Positions 48,640 through 62,033 are shown, counted from the whole stretch's first letter. The stretch: 63,343 nt of DNA, filler included, from Stramenopiles sp. TOSAG23-6 (GCA_900128565.1; 8 parts of 8 records of this genome joined end to end with filler, not necessarily neighbours in it); one strand, 5' to 3'. Translations and numbers: made by a program. The notes: generated from the sequence alone by a model not told the origin.

Positions 48640-49554
48640 CTAAGGAAATTTCGAATGTACATCCAAACGTTGAATATCGTTTTCTCTGGCTTGAAGGATA
48701 TTTTGTCGAGTCTTCATTCCTGATTGTGTCAGTGTAATGAGATGTAATAATCCAGGTATTTTGTCTTGTTTTGCCTGACATTCTTTCGTCTTTAGGGTTA
48801 GGGTGTTGAATTTTTTCATTCTGTTTTTTGTTTTTTTCCAAAGATCATTTGCCGTCTGTATNGTTTCCTGTTTAGCTGCTTGTATTATCTTTTTTTTCTC
48901 TTTATGATGAATAAAAAGTCCATTATTAGATTTCTTCTTTGCTAAGTCTGACAATTCTGCTGCTTTCTTTTCTTCTATAACTGATTGACGGAACTCATAT
49001 ATTGTGAAAAAAAAAAGTTTGGTTAAAAAAAATCGTTAGGTACAAAATTACGTAGAAAAAGAAAAACATTCATGATGAAGACATACGTCTTGAATAAACT
49101 GAAGTTGTTGTTTGCAAGATTTTATAGCCATTTTTGTCATTTGTAGTTTTTTTCTATGCGACAAAAGCTCTTTGTTGTATTGTTTGTAAACAAACTGAGC
49201 ATTATTAAAATCTTCTTGATAATGATTTCGTCGTACTATAAATTTTGAAGCTTCTCCTTTACCGTGAACACTTTCCTCCTCCTCCTTATCTTTGCAATTA
49301 CTGTTATCATCACACTTTCTATAATTCCAGCATTTGCAGTCCATTTCATTCAAAGGACCAATATCCCCTCCATATACACATTGAGAATTTTTCCCTGGAG
49401 AAGAACACCAACCACAAAATTCTGTACTTGTACACTTTGAACAATTATCGGTCTGTGGACAGAGAGAATTTGATCTCAAGAATACCTTTTCAGATTTCTG
49501 AAGGCTTATTTGAATAACTGTAATAATAATTAAAAAATATACTCTAGAGCTCAT
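48640..49554 (-). CDS. Secreted PSI-domain plus coiled-coil protein; intron 48997-49086
   Basis: Signal peptide; CSKC...CGWC PSI motif; in-frame join to ORF 48640-48954. Confidence 0.7.
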
Positions 49555-49808
49555 TGGAGTGTTGTTATAAAAAGCTTTGGCAAATCTGTTTTATATTATC
49601 AATATTGTCTCCCATTCTAATTCGGAAAAGAAGAGGGACGGAAATGACGTAATTTTTTTTAAATCACTTCCTTTCTTGAGCAGGTTTGTGATTAGATTAG
49701 ATTACTAAAAGAAACAAAAGTGTTATTTTTCCCTTACTATATATTGCAGAGTTGGTCATGACACAAACGTGTGAACAAGACACTGTCAAATAATACCTAT
49801 TCTAAAGA

Positions 49809-50371
49809 ATGGGAGAAAATGTAGGACTTGCTGAGGCTCTCATGATTGCTTCTGAGAATGTAATTACTCCTTCGCCGTCACCTCACTCTGCATCATTTCA
49901 AGAGCGCATAACTGGTCCTCTTTTAGTTTTGCTTGGAGCTTTCTTTTATTCGTTAGGTATTTGTATTCAACGTAATGCGCTTATAAAAGAAGTGGCCCAA
50001 TCTGAGGCGGTGCGCCGTGCTTCTCTAGCATCTACAGAGTTTTCGTCACAGTTGCAACAAGCTTCGTGTTATAAACGTTATTATTGGACATTAGTATGGT
50101 GTTTTGGGATGTTTGTTTACACTGTAGGGAATGGTATCTACACCGTTGCTTTGCTTTATTCTACTTTATCTCTTTGTACTTCTTTATTCTGTGTTGTTTT
50201 GATCTATAATGGTATTCTTGGTTATTTTTTATTAGGAGAGAGAATGTCCAAAACGGATATTGCCGGTTGCTTTACTATTATTGTTGGTGTTTTGGTCACT
50301 TGTAATTTTATAAGTGCAGAAGTCATACATTATGATTCAGGATTACTAGTAGAATCCGCGGAAAAGCCTCT
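49809..50371 (+). CDS. NIPA-type magnesium transporter (DMT superfamily), partial
   Basis: G.CIQR, W..GM......GN, LGER...TDI.G motifs; multiple TMs. Confidence 0.75.
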
Positions 50372-50605
50372 NNNNNNNNNNNNNNNNNNNNNNNNNNNNN
50401 NNNNNNNNNNNNNNNTTAATTAATTAANNNNNNNNNNNNNNNNNNNNNNNNNNNNNNNNNNNNNNNNNNNNAAAAAAAAAAAAAAAAAATTGAAAAAAAA
50501 AAAAAAAATTGAAAAAAATTGAAATTTTTTTTTTTTTTTTGTTTAATACGAAATTTTCAAAAAAAAATAATAATAATTGAAACACAAAATGATAATGAGA
50601 CATAC

Positions 50606-51851
50606 ATGATTTCCTTTACACGCCGTTAAATACATTGGTAAACTATTTCTACACTGAAGTTTTTCAGAGGATTGAACATTTGCATTAGGGTTAGGGTTAT
50701 TATGTTCAGATTCAGATAAAGTTTTGTCTAATTTTGTTGCGTTTTCATTTTCAACTTGGACAGTACTAGGGTTGGGGTTAACCGCTTGGTTCCATAGTGC
50801 AATTCTATGTCGTTTTTGTTCCAATTCTTTTTTTTTTTTTTTTTCTTCTTCATTTTTTATTAAATTTAGACGTTTTTTTGCATCTTCTTCCGCTTTTTTT
50901 TTTTCTTTTCGTGTCATTGGACGACCAGACCCTAACCCTAGGTTCGTTGAATGCTTTTTTTTGTTATTATTTGTTCTATGTTTCAGTTGTTGTTGTTGTT
51001 GATTCTGTCCAAATTGACTTAATTCATGTATTTTGGAAAAATATTTCAAAAAAATCTTAAAAAAATTTGTTAGGTACGAAATTTCGTACGAAAAAAAAAT
51101 TTTGTAAAAAAAAATAAAACATACATTATCACTCAATTGAAATAATGACTGTTTAAATGTAGTATCATTTTCAATACAATGTTGGATTTTTTGCATTTGC
51201 TGTATAAGATGTTTGACAACTTTTCGAGTCGCAATTTTTGACAATGATGATTCAAAATTCTTTTTTCCCTTGGAATATTCAATATGAATTTTGGAAAAAT
51301 ATTTCAAAAAAAAAATCTAAAAAAATATGTTAGGTACAAAATTTCGTACGAAAACCNAAAAAAAAAAANCGATTTTTTTNTAAAAAAAAAAATATTTCAA
51401 AAAAAAAATCTAAAAAAATATCTTATGTACAAGTTTTCGTATGAAAACCAAAAAAAAAAATAAAACATACATAAATATCTTGAAGAGTTTCGACGTCTAC
51501 ACATTTACAAATAATTTGCATTTGATATATATCAATTGTAAGAAGCTCACGAGAATTCTTCGGTATACAATTTTGTAACCCTGCAATTTCAGCAGGAGTT
51601 GCTTTTGTATTTAGTGCTTTTTCCCAAAAACGTTCAACATAGACTTTAAACAGTGACATTCGTCTTTTTTTTTGTTCCATTAATTTTTGCTTTTCAGATC
51701 TTTGAGTTGTTGTAGACTTTTTTGAGTGTTTTGAGTGTTTCGAATGTTTCGAATGTTTAGACTGTTTCGATTTTTTAGTTGTCGTTGGCTCTTGTGAATG
51801 ATCTTTGCTCGCTTTCTTATCAAATTTATCGTTTCTTTGCATAAAAGACAT
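50606..51851 (-). CDS. Hypothetical protein, 5' part; introns 51284-51470, 51026-51124, next intron from 50605
   Basis: Exons join in frame at phase-0 GT-AT introns. Confidence 0.6.
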
Positions 51852-52412
51852 TATGTTTCTTGTTGAAAATCAAATTCAAATTTGATTTTGTTGTTTCGTC
51901 TTTTTTTAACGATATATCACTGTAATAGTTAAATTATAGTCCAGCCAAGTATCATTCATAAATCGTATAATACTCTTTATACGTATGTAAATCTTAGTAC
52001 GTCTAGTTTTATGAAAATACAAGATTTTACTTACTAATATAGTAGTAGGCTAATCGATTTTAAGGTAACTTTTATGGTGGATAGATAGAGCAACAACCAA
52101 TACCAAAGTTGTCTTGTTTTGAGATCTGTCAAAAATATCCTTTCTCAGAGCGAACAAATTGTGTAACTGCTAAATGCTATGACGTCATTGATTCCGTACT
52201 AAATTGGTACAAAAATAATAATACTCCAGTAGTAGGCTACACAAGCTTTTGGAATTCTTATTTTCGTTTTCGCGGAATCCAATCGAAATGATAGTGTGTG
52301 TGTGTCGCTGTCACATAGTATTTACCGAAATTACCGGCTTTTTCTGCTGTCGGTGGTGAGCTAAGAAAAAGCCAAAAAGGGAATATAGCTTTCCTTCTGC
52401 TCTATTCTCACG

Positions 52413-54332
52413 ATGAAGCACTTATTTACAGGAGTATTCTTTTATTCAAGTATACTGTTTACTTTGAGTACTGTGTATGCAGTTGATAAACAGCAGATTA
52501 CTTGTAGCGCAACTCAACCATGCCCCGAACATCAACGTTGCTACCGTCCAGGATCGACTCAGTCGCTTTGTATTGAAAACAATATGCTAGGTGCATCTGC
52601 TCCACCCACTCTTGGTGCTTCAGTACAGGATGAAACAGTTAAGAAAATATTATCATCCATTTTAGGTGATTTTTTTGATGGTTCAAAGGGTCTGTCTGCA
52701 GAGCAAAAGGAATTACTCTTTTCACAATTTGAAAAGTTGTCAACAAAACAAAGAGAGCAATTCGCCTCTTTTGCTGAAAAATTAGGCGAAGGAAGTGGTA
52801 ATAGGAACCCAGGTGATCCTGTCACATCTGAAGAAAAAGAGAAGTTCACTAAAGCTGGATTTATTGCGCTACAAAATGCATGTATGTTTTCATCTCAATG
52901 TTTTGTCTACATTTTTTTATTTTTTTTGGTTTTTTGGTTTTCATACGAAATTTTGTACCTAACAATTTTTTTTTTTTTTTTTTTTTTTAAAATTTTTTTC
53001 AAAATGTTTTTATACTCCATTCATGAACCATCTTGGACTATCGGAAAAAGATAAAGAGAAACTTTCTTTCATCAATTCTGATCAAATGTCTGCAATTTTA
53101 AACAATCTTCGAGATGCTTTGAACAATGATGGTCAACAATTCGATCCCAAAGATTTGCACGACAAAACGAAACTTACTGCAAAACAACTCAACGGCCTTG
53201 TCAATGTTTTTGGATCATTGAGGGCTGATTGTTCATCTAACGAAGCAAAACAATGCCAAGACGAATTTATGTATTTTTTTTTTTTTTTTTGAATTTATTT
53301 TTTCGTACGAAATTTTGTACCTAACAATTTTTTTTTTTTTTTTTAAAATTATTTTTCCAAAAAACATGAATGGAAAGACTCAGTGTATTTGGACAAAATT
53401 TCAAAAACGAATGAAAAAATGCGTCAAATATGGGAAATGTATCTTTGAAGAATGTCAAAATATCACACAATGTGACTCACCTGATGCTCTGGAGTGTACG
53501 AAAAAATTCGAAAACGAATCTTGTCCAATTTCAAATGTAGTTTTTTTTTTTAATTTTTTTTTTTAAATTTTTTTTCATAGGAAATTTTGTACCTAACAAA
53601 AAAAATTAAAAATTTTTTTTTTGAAATATTTTTCCAAAATATATTTTGATTCTTTTCTTCATCATAATAAGAAATGTATTGTGTATGGCTCATGTCTATT
53701 CGCACGTTGTATCGATATTTCAAGCATTGGTGATGATGATGATACAAAAAGTGATAATAAAAGTTATTGGGAAAAAGAAGAACAACAATCAAATGGGAAA
53801 TCTTTGGGTGTGTTTTCAACAATTCTTGTGGTGATTTCTGTACTGTTTGTGATGGGTATGTTTTACGTTTTTTAAAAAAAAAATTTTTAATTTTTTTTAC
53901 ATTTTTTTTTACATTTTTTTAAAATTTTTTTTTAAAATTTTTTTTTGAATTTTTAAAAAAATTGTAAATATTTTTCAATGATTCCAATGATTTCAATCAT
54001 TGGTGTACCAGATCCAAAGATAAAACTAATACTCTATAGTATATACACATACTACATTCACTCTGTTACTTTTGTATTGAAATTTCGTACCTAACAAAAA
54101 CATCAGTTTACTTTTGTATTGAAATTTCGTACCTAACAAAAACATCAGTTTAAAAATAAAAATAAAAATATTCTTATACAAGAACAGGTGTAATTGGATA
54201 TTTAGGATTTCGTGTTTGTGTGAAGAAAAATAATGTTTCAAATGACAACTCTGTAATGTCAAATGGATCGAGATCGGACAATCGACGAACGTTTCGTACT
54301 TTTTTCTTAATGAATTTTTCACTTTTTTTTTC

Positions 54333-54384
<52 letters not shown>

Positions 54385-54503
54385 CATAGGAAATTTCATA
54401 CCTAACAAAAAAAAATGAAATATTTTTTCTCAATATAGACACAGGACCAGGAGATTATATGCCACCTACGAATCAAAATGAAGGAACATATACGGAACTA
54501 TGA
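52413..54503 (+). CDS. Cys-rich type I membrane protein; introns 52882-53020, 53271-53367, 53537-53644 (GT-AT), 53856-54187, 54296-54438 (GT-AG)
   Basis: Signal peptide; six exons join in frame; repeated KKC..YG.C.F..C unit; TM helix; C-terminal YTEL. Confidence 0.75.
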
Positions 54504-54804
54504 TTGTCTTTTTTTGGTCTTTGTTTGAAGGCATTTTTCAAATTTGTGTTGATTATAAAAACAAAATTTTCAACATTTATAATTTTTTTTCAAATTTGTG
54601 TTGATTGTTAAAAAAAATATAATTTTTTTTTGATGTACATTTATTTTGTACCTAATAAAAAAATCAATGTTTTTATTACCTACTTTTTTATTGAAAAAAA
54701 AAATACATAATAACCCAACCATTCCTCTTCATAATAATTTAAAAGATATTATGAAACTTTTCATAATAATTTAAAAGATATTATGAAACTTTTCAAATTA
54801 AGAA

Positions 54805-56694
54805 TTATACAAAATTTGAAAATGATACAACTGCCAATAAGACAGCTGTAACTCCAATTGTAGATGAAGATCCAGATCCATTGTCCTCAACGTAATCGCA
54901 TTTGATGTCACACTCTTTGGCGTCCTCATCAGCAGATTCCTTGAATTTTTTCGAATGTTGAGTAACCTTTTCTTCATTTCCATGACTACAACAATCATAC
55001 TTACTGTGGCAAAGAGCGTATTGTTTTGCACCTTCACAGCTGTTTTTTTCTTTATAGAAATCGTTTTCTTTGAGTTCAGCAATACACGATTCAACTTTTT
55101 TGATGTTTTCACATTGTTCAGGTGCAGGTTTAGGTGCAGGTGCAGGTGCAGGCTTAGATGGTGCAACAGGTTCAGATACAGGTGCAGATACAGGTGTTTC
55201 AGCAGGTGCTGCAACAGGTTCAGGTACAGGTGTAGTGTCCAAAAAATTCTTGGCTGCTTCATAAGCCTTATCTGCCAAGTTGCACAGTCCTGCAGTTTTG
55301 AGGTTATATTCCTTAAGCAATTCTTTTATCATGTCAACTTTTTGTTTTGTAATTCCCAGAAAAAAATTTTCTTCATCAATATTTAAACCTGACAAACAAA
55401 GTTGTTGCCATGCAAGCGAAGCCCTTTGATCGTCACACGCAGACCCACATTGATCAAAGCTTACAACGTCTGCCACCGCATCGTCGAATGTTTTGTGCAT
55501 GAAAGCATTTTCTTCATCTGTGGGGACCCTCGCTTTTTCCATATCATGAAGTTGGTTCGGTTGAACATTAGCATTAAACAATTTATGAGAAGAGTTATCC
55601 CACTCCACCATCTGGTACACCCTTTTTCCCAAAGGGGTCATCTTGTTATAGTCGTCGTGTTGTTTTTGTTCATACCATTTTCCTTGTTTGTCGCACATAG
55701 CTTCGCATTGCTCTGCGGAATTTTCAGCGACAAGGTTGATTCGGTCATACTTTGCTTGTAATAAAAGTTTCTGCACTTCTTCCTTTTGCAGTTGAACATC
55801 TTTCTTTTCCAGTTGACCTGCTTCCTCGCCGAGAAGGTTAATCAAATTTGCCACTTCTGTTTGTGTCCTTTGTAATTCTTCTTCTGTAAAATCATCAGTT
55901 GTTACGGTTGCAGCATGATGCGCTCTTATTGTATTTAAGGCACCACAGGTTGCTTGGCATTGGGCCGAGTTATACGTCTTATTTTCAAAGACATTTAAGA
56001 GTTCTTTCTCGAAATCTTTTTTAAGTTTGGCTTTTTTTTTTAGTTTTTGAAGCTTATTTCGAGCCATTCGCCCACGGGCGTCCTTTTGAATAACTGTAGC
56101 AGCAGCAGCTTTTTGAGCGTTTTTTCGAACGTTTCGCCCACGGGCGAACTTTTGAATAAGTGTAGCAGCTTGAAGTCTTTGACTGTCTGCAGACGCTTTC
56201 TCCTGTTTCGCCTCCTTCAATTGCGCTTCCAAACTTGCAACTTTCTCATCTTGAGGGGTCACATGCTTCGCAGCCTCCGGCTGGCCCGCAGCCGCCTGGG
56301 CATCACCAGCAACAACAACAGGAGCAGTACCACCCCCAGCATCCGTCGAAGTCGCATCCGCCTGGTCCGCAGCATCCCTCGAAGTCGAAGCCGCCTGGCT
56401 CGCACCATTCGTCGAAGCCGCAGCATCCGTCGAAGTCACCTGGTCCGCAGCACCCGACTGGACCGCAGTCGCCCCATCCAGCGCCACCGGAGTCGCAGCA
56501 GACACATTAGCATCCTCCGTCGAATCCGCAGCCGTAGCCACCTGGACCGCAGCCGCCTTGTCCGACACCAGCTCCTGTTCCGGCACCGACACCAGCTCCA
56601 CAGCCTCCGCCTCCTGCATCGCATGCGTTATTTGAAAGTGCGTCAAAAACATTAGCATTAAAAACGCTGCAGGAAAGAAACACGTCATTTTCAT
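54805..56694 (-). CDS. Secreted protein with two IQ motifs and GPI-anchor-like tail
   Basis: Signal peptide, Ala-rich region, IQKFARG and IQKDARG, PA-rich linker, hydrophobic C-terminus. Confidence 0.75.
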   Translation of the reverse strand: MKMTCFFPAAFLMLMFLTHFQITHAMQEAEAVELVSVPEQELVSDKAAAVQVATAADSTEDANVSAATPVALDGATAVQSGAADQVTSTDAAASTNGASQAASTSRDAADQADATSTDAGGGTAPVVVAGDAQAAAGQPEAAKHVTPQDEKVASLEAQLKEAKQEKASADSQRLQAATLIQKFARGRNVRKNAQKAAAATVIQKDARGRMARNKLQKLKKKAKLKKDFEKELLNVFENKTYNSAQCQATCGALNTIRAHHAATVTTDDFTEEELQRTQTEVANLINLLGEEAGQLEKKDVQLQKEEVQKLLLQAKYDRINLVAENSAEQCEAMCDKQGKWYEQKQHDDYNKMTPLGKRVYQMVEWDNSSHKLFNANVQPNQLHDMEKARVPTDEENAFMHKTFDDAVADVVSFDQCGSACDDQRASLAWQQLCLSGLNIDEENFFLGITKQKVDMIKELLKEYNLKTAGLCNLADKAYEAAKNFLDTTPVPEPVAAPAETPVSAPVSEPVAPSKPAPAPAPKPAPEQCENIKKVESCIAELKENDFYKEKNSCEGAKQYALCHSKYDCCSHGNEEKVTQHSKKFKESADEDAKECDIKCDYVEDNGSGSSSTIGVTAVLLAVVSFSNFV

Positions 56695-57841
56695 TATAAT
56701 ACGCCCTGTTTGTCGTAGAATAAACAAGTTATATTCACAGTTATGTGTAGCTCGTTTGCGTTGTTGCTGAAGCTGGATCAATAGACCACAAGAAAAACGG
56801 TTTAAAAGTTTTTGAATGTAACAGAGAAAAAACGTATCCTAATTTTTGAATCACACACACAAAAACGTATCCTACTTTTCAAAAATTTTGTTTTTTTTTA
56901 ACCGACCAAAAGTATAAAATCTTATATTTCGTGTTTTTTTCAAAACATGAAAACAAACAACAAGAAAAAAAAAAAAAAAGAAAATTGAAAACTGCTTTAA
57001 AACTCTGGATAAATTTATTATTTTATCAATCAAATCTTTTGCAAAGTGAAAATGAAATAAATTCAAAATTATGAATAATAAAAGAAATAAATAGAATAAA
57101 TCAAACTAAATATCAAAGTGACATCGAAATTTCTTACGTATAAAATTTCGTATGATTTTTTTTTTTCGATACACTATATATGATACACCATCTTTACACG
57201 AAATCTCAACAAAAGTTTATTCAATCATATGCATAAACGAACTTGCATGCATTGCTTCAATGACCTTATTATATTGACAAAATTGGTTCATGGTATCACT
57301 TAGACAATATCTAGATACATTTCATACAATTTGTGTTGAGTCATAATACGTATATCAGAGTTTTTTGTTACATTGTAAGATTTCGTACCATTTTTTCGTA
57401 CCTAATTTCATGTAATTTTTCTAGATTTCGTGTTGAGAAGACAAATAATGATTGTTGATTGTTGATTGTTTGATGTCACTCTCCCGTATATAGTATATAC
57501 TATACAACAACTTTTATTTCATGACTGACACTGTACAATTTCAAAGTAACCTTCAAATATTGATTCATATAGATCCATATTGAGTTCTAAGAGTATTTAA
57601 AAAAAAAAATGAAAAAAAAAGTACAAAAAAATGGTACGGAATCCAAAAATAACACTGATTATTTTTCATTTATCGTCTTTTTATTGTTTACGATTTTTTA
57701 CAACTCTTTTTCACTCTTTTTTTTTCTCTTTTTCACTCTTTTCCCCTTCAAATGATGAATATTTTTTATCCTACAATTTTTCTAGCACATTTTTCACTCT
57801 TTTTCACTCTTTTTCCCTTCAAATGACAAATATTTTTTATC

Positions 57842-60381
57842 CTACAATTTTTCTAGCAAATTACAATGTTTCAACTTCGAAGCTAAAAAGGAAGCAGTAA
57901 CACCGTTATTATTCTTAATATTTGATTCAGCGCCAGCTTCAAGTAATAAATGAATTGTTTCTATTCCTTCCTTATAATTACTTTTATACCATTTTTCTTT
58001 ACCTAAAGCCAAATGATTACTTTTATACCATTTTTCTGTACCTAAAGCCAAATGTAGCGCAGAATTACCTGCAGAATCTGTTGCATCAATCAAATCTCGG
58101 GATTTCATGTTTTGTGAAAAGGTTTTTTTTTTTTCAATTTAAANNNNNNNNNNNNNNNNNNNNNNNNNNNNNNNNNNNNNNNNNNNNNNNNNNNNNNNNN
58201 NNNNNNAAAAAAAGAAATACAAATCTAAAATACAAAATTTCATACAAAATTTCATAGTTAAGAACAAAAAAATATAATACTGGAGACGTACTTGTCCTTT
58301 AGAATGACTTTCAAAGCATCGGTATGATGCAACGATGCAGAAATCATCATTGGGGACCTTTTTTTATTATTACCAATTGTAAGATCTGCACCTGCAAGGG
58401 TAGGAAAATATTTCAAAAAATGTTTTTTTTTTATATTAGGTACAAAATTTACTATAAAAAAAAACATAAAGACACAAATGATGAAAACGTACCTGCATCA
58501 AGTAGTAATTTGATGATCANNNNNNNNNNNNNNNNNNNNNNNNNNNNNNNNNNNNNNNNNNNNNNNNNNNNNNNNNNNNNNNNNNNNNNNNNNNNTGGTT
58601 TGAGTTTTTTTTATGTCAAATTGTTTTTTTTTTCATAGTACATTTTGTACCTAATATGAAAAAAACAAGAAAAACAAGAAAATTAAAACAATATAAATAT
58701 GTACACAAAACGTTTTACAACGTAAAAATTAAATGATGAAAAATATATAATAAAATGAATGATGAAACTAACCTGTTTGTCTCTTGAATTGAGATGTATT
58801 CCATGACGTATGAGTATGTTTAAACATTTTGTACGGTTTAGTTGAGCAGCAATCATAGCTGCGGAAGTTGCTGTCCAATTTATATGGTTNNNNNNNNNNN
58901 NNNNNNNNNNNNNNNNNNNNNNNNNNNNNNNNNNNNNNNNNNNNNNNNNNNNNNNNNNNNNNNNNNNNNNNNNNNNNNNTTCATTTTGATGGTCATTTTG
59001 ATGTTCATTTCCCATTTCTATTTTGTTTTTGATATTTTTAGAGGTATCTGTTGCTAACGTTTTGTTCAAAAATCGTTTGCACAACATTTGAGTAATTCTA
59101 GGGAAATTATTTTGTACTGATATATATAATGGGGAACAACCGTGTATTTTTTCACTCGCGATATCTATGGATGCGCCTCTAGATAAAAGCAATTGGACGC
59201 ATTGCTCATGTCCATTTGTGCACGCTTTATACAGTGGCGTTTCATTGAACTTATCACAAATATCAATATTTATATTTGGTTCTGGTATGAAATTTTGTAT
59301 GAAAAAAAAAAAAAAAGTTGAAATGAAAAATGATACCTTACGGCATTATCGTACTCGCTCCTTTAGCGGCAAGAACATGAAGTGATGTCATTTGTGTAGA
59401 ATCTTCTCTTGCATTCACATCGACTTTATAATTAAGTAAAAGCTGAACGACACGATAATAATCTGGTTTTGTATTTGTTGTAGATTTTGATGTTTTCATA
59501 GAGAGAGCTGTTGTTGAAGTAATGGCGATTGGATTTATGTTTTTTTCAATTTGACTTTGATCACTCAAGTGATAATTATTCTTTGAATCATTGTGTATAG
59601 AGTCGACTAATGTATCGCTGCAGTATCCTTCACATGCGGCATATAGTGGAGTTTGACCATTGTATGACGTTATATCTGCCTTGGCGCGTGTCTTTAACAT
59701 TCGTGTAACGTGTAACAGGCGTTGAATTTCAGGATTAGCTTGTAGTTCATATTTTGGGTGTTTCAAACACCAGCCATTTTCAAATAAATCTCTCTCAACG
59801 TCATTCTTCACAGTTTTAGCTTCCTGATCCGTCAGTTGCGCCAGTGAACTATTCAAATTTTTCAAAATCAATTCAACACCGATATAACACCCGGAAGCTG
59901 AAGCTAGCCACAGTGGTGTTTGACCACTTGCATTTCTACTCTCTACATTGACGTATACTCCTAACAAAGAGCGAATAATATGTGCATTTCCTTTATATGC
60001 AGCAGCATGCAAACAAGACCAACCCACATTATTCAATCTATGTGGATCAGCACCTTCTCCAATGAGAAACTGTACAGCTTCGTCAGCATTATTACGACAA
60101 GCAATATATAAAGCTGTGCTACCATCTTTTGGTCTATAATCATCTATATCTACGTTTCTGTACAGTAACTCCTGAAGTATATCAACACAATTCGCACCCG
60201 CTGCATCCATCAATGGTGTATTCCCCAACTTATCACATACTTGATATGAAGCACCAGCATTTAATAAAAGACAGAAAGCGGTATAATTAGCTGTAGAGCA
60301 TGAGTCCAATAAAGCACTCCGGAAAAATGATGGTTCGGTATAATTGATAAAATGTCTTTTCATTTCTTCTCTACGACTCAT
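57842..60381 (-). CDS. Multi-exon ankyrin-repeat protein (gapped); introns include 58392-58492 (GT-AG) and 58107-58291 (GT-AT, spans a gap)
   Basis: Many GxTPL/ALH ankyrin motifs over several ORFs; junction near 59270-59340 unresolved. Confidence 0.8.
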
Positions 60382-60902
60382 GGTACTTTTTTTTTTTTTT
60401 TTTNNNNNNNNNNNNNNNNNNNNNNNNNNNNNNNNNNNNNNNNNNNNTTAATTAATTAANNNNNNNNNNNNNNNNNNNNNNNNNNNNNNNNNNNNNNNNN
60501 NNNTCACTTTTATTAGCAAGGAAAAAACTACGAATTGCTCCGCTATTTGGAGTTTCATCTATAACGATTGCTCGGTCTGGTGTTGTCATTCTACAAGTAT
60601 ATATCCCCACAGTATGACTGTTAGACTTCGTTGTGCCAGCAACGCTAACAGTATGTAATACGTCCTTTTGCTTCACAGTATTATTAGTACTAGTAAGTCG
60701 ATTATTTATATCTCGAAATCGAAATCCCGTTACAAAAAGATTCGAAAGAAGGAAAAACGTTTTGGCCAAAGAGGCAGCCTGGCAGGTTTGTTTGATTTTC
60801 GCGAAGATGATTGATCGGCCAGAATACTAATATATTTCACTACGAAGCGCACATATAGGTATTACTTAAATATACTGAGGAGGCGCTCATAAGATAACCA
60901 AA

Positions 60903-61873
60903 ATGAAGAAAGCTACAGGAAATACTGCGTTGCCTCTATCCAATGTGCGCGTGTCATGCAAAGATTGCTTTGAAAAATGCAATTCTGTTTCTCTTTGTAT
61001 ACCAGCTATTAAAGACCTTGCCACTCGCTGGTTAAATACAGAACAAATATCAACATTCTCGGCTAACATGTACGACGTAAACCTACCTCTAAAATTTGAA
61101 AATATCAATGATGAAATTAATTTTATTGCTTTAGTAAACCTTACTCGTTTTGGATCAGGCTATGCTACAGAATTTCGAAAGTTGACTGGAGATTGGCGTG
61201 GAGCATTAGCTGCGGCTCAATTTGGAGTGATTGGTCTACATTTAAGCGGTTCACTTGATGCTCGACGTATGCGGGGTTTATCTGTATCTGATGTGGGATC
61301 ACTATTCGAAATCCCACTTTTTGAAGATGTGCCAACCTCTGTCAGTGGGTGCTATCGACAGGAGAAATCTTCTCTCTATACACTTGCAGAGAATTTAACA
61401 GCAGTTCTAAACACTTCTGGAAAAGAGCTTAACGACAGAGGTTATACAGATTTTGCAAGCTTCATTTGCAAGACTTTGGCAGAATGTCACCAATCATCTA
61501 AAATTCATGAAAATCCTACTTCAGTGTTAGTACAGAGCCTTGCTTCCATGTTCTATGGATTTTGTGACGAAATAGTTGTAGCTCGAAGCGAAGGAGAATT
61601 TGGAAAACTCGTGAACAAAATTTCCTACGAAAAACAAATTGAATCCTGTACAGTTGAAGACATCGAAAGTGATGGAAGAGATGAACTTTATATAACAACT
61701 TTCTATTCTAAAGCACAATCACTTGTACTAGACTTACATAGAAGATTTTCATCAGGATTCCACAAAATCCACAAAAACTACAAAGACTCTGATAATGATG
61801 TGAAAATATTGAATCAAAACTCTGATAATGATGTGAAAATANTGAATCAAAACTCTGATAATGATGTGAAAAT
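60903..61873 (+). CDS. Queuosine salvage protein (DUF2419/QNG1-like), partial
   Basis: N-terminal VRxSC and NFIALVNLTRFGSGY motifs; FYSKAQ.LV.DL. Confidence 0.6.
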
Positions 61874-61973
61874 NNNNNNNNNNNNNNNNNNNNNNNNNNN
61901 NNNNNNNNNNNNNNNNNTTAATTAATTAANNNNNNNNNNNNNNNNNNNNNNNNNNNNNNNNNNNNNNNNNNNN

Positions 61974-62000
61974 AAAAAAAAATAGGAAAAACCAATTGTG

Positions 62001-62033
<33 letters not shown>

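Noticed and set aside
48566-48656. Possible 3'UTR intron of RPS17 (T|GTAC...AAT|GTAC)
   Set aside because: Motif is present but branch-to-end distance is short, it overlaps an opposite-strand CDS end, and there is no frame test.
59260-59340. Intron model for the ankyrin gene junction
   Set aside because: No donor/acceptor pair gave a convincing frame and full ankyrin repeat; possibly a collapsed assembly, so not counted.
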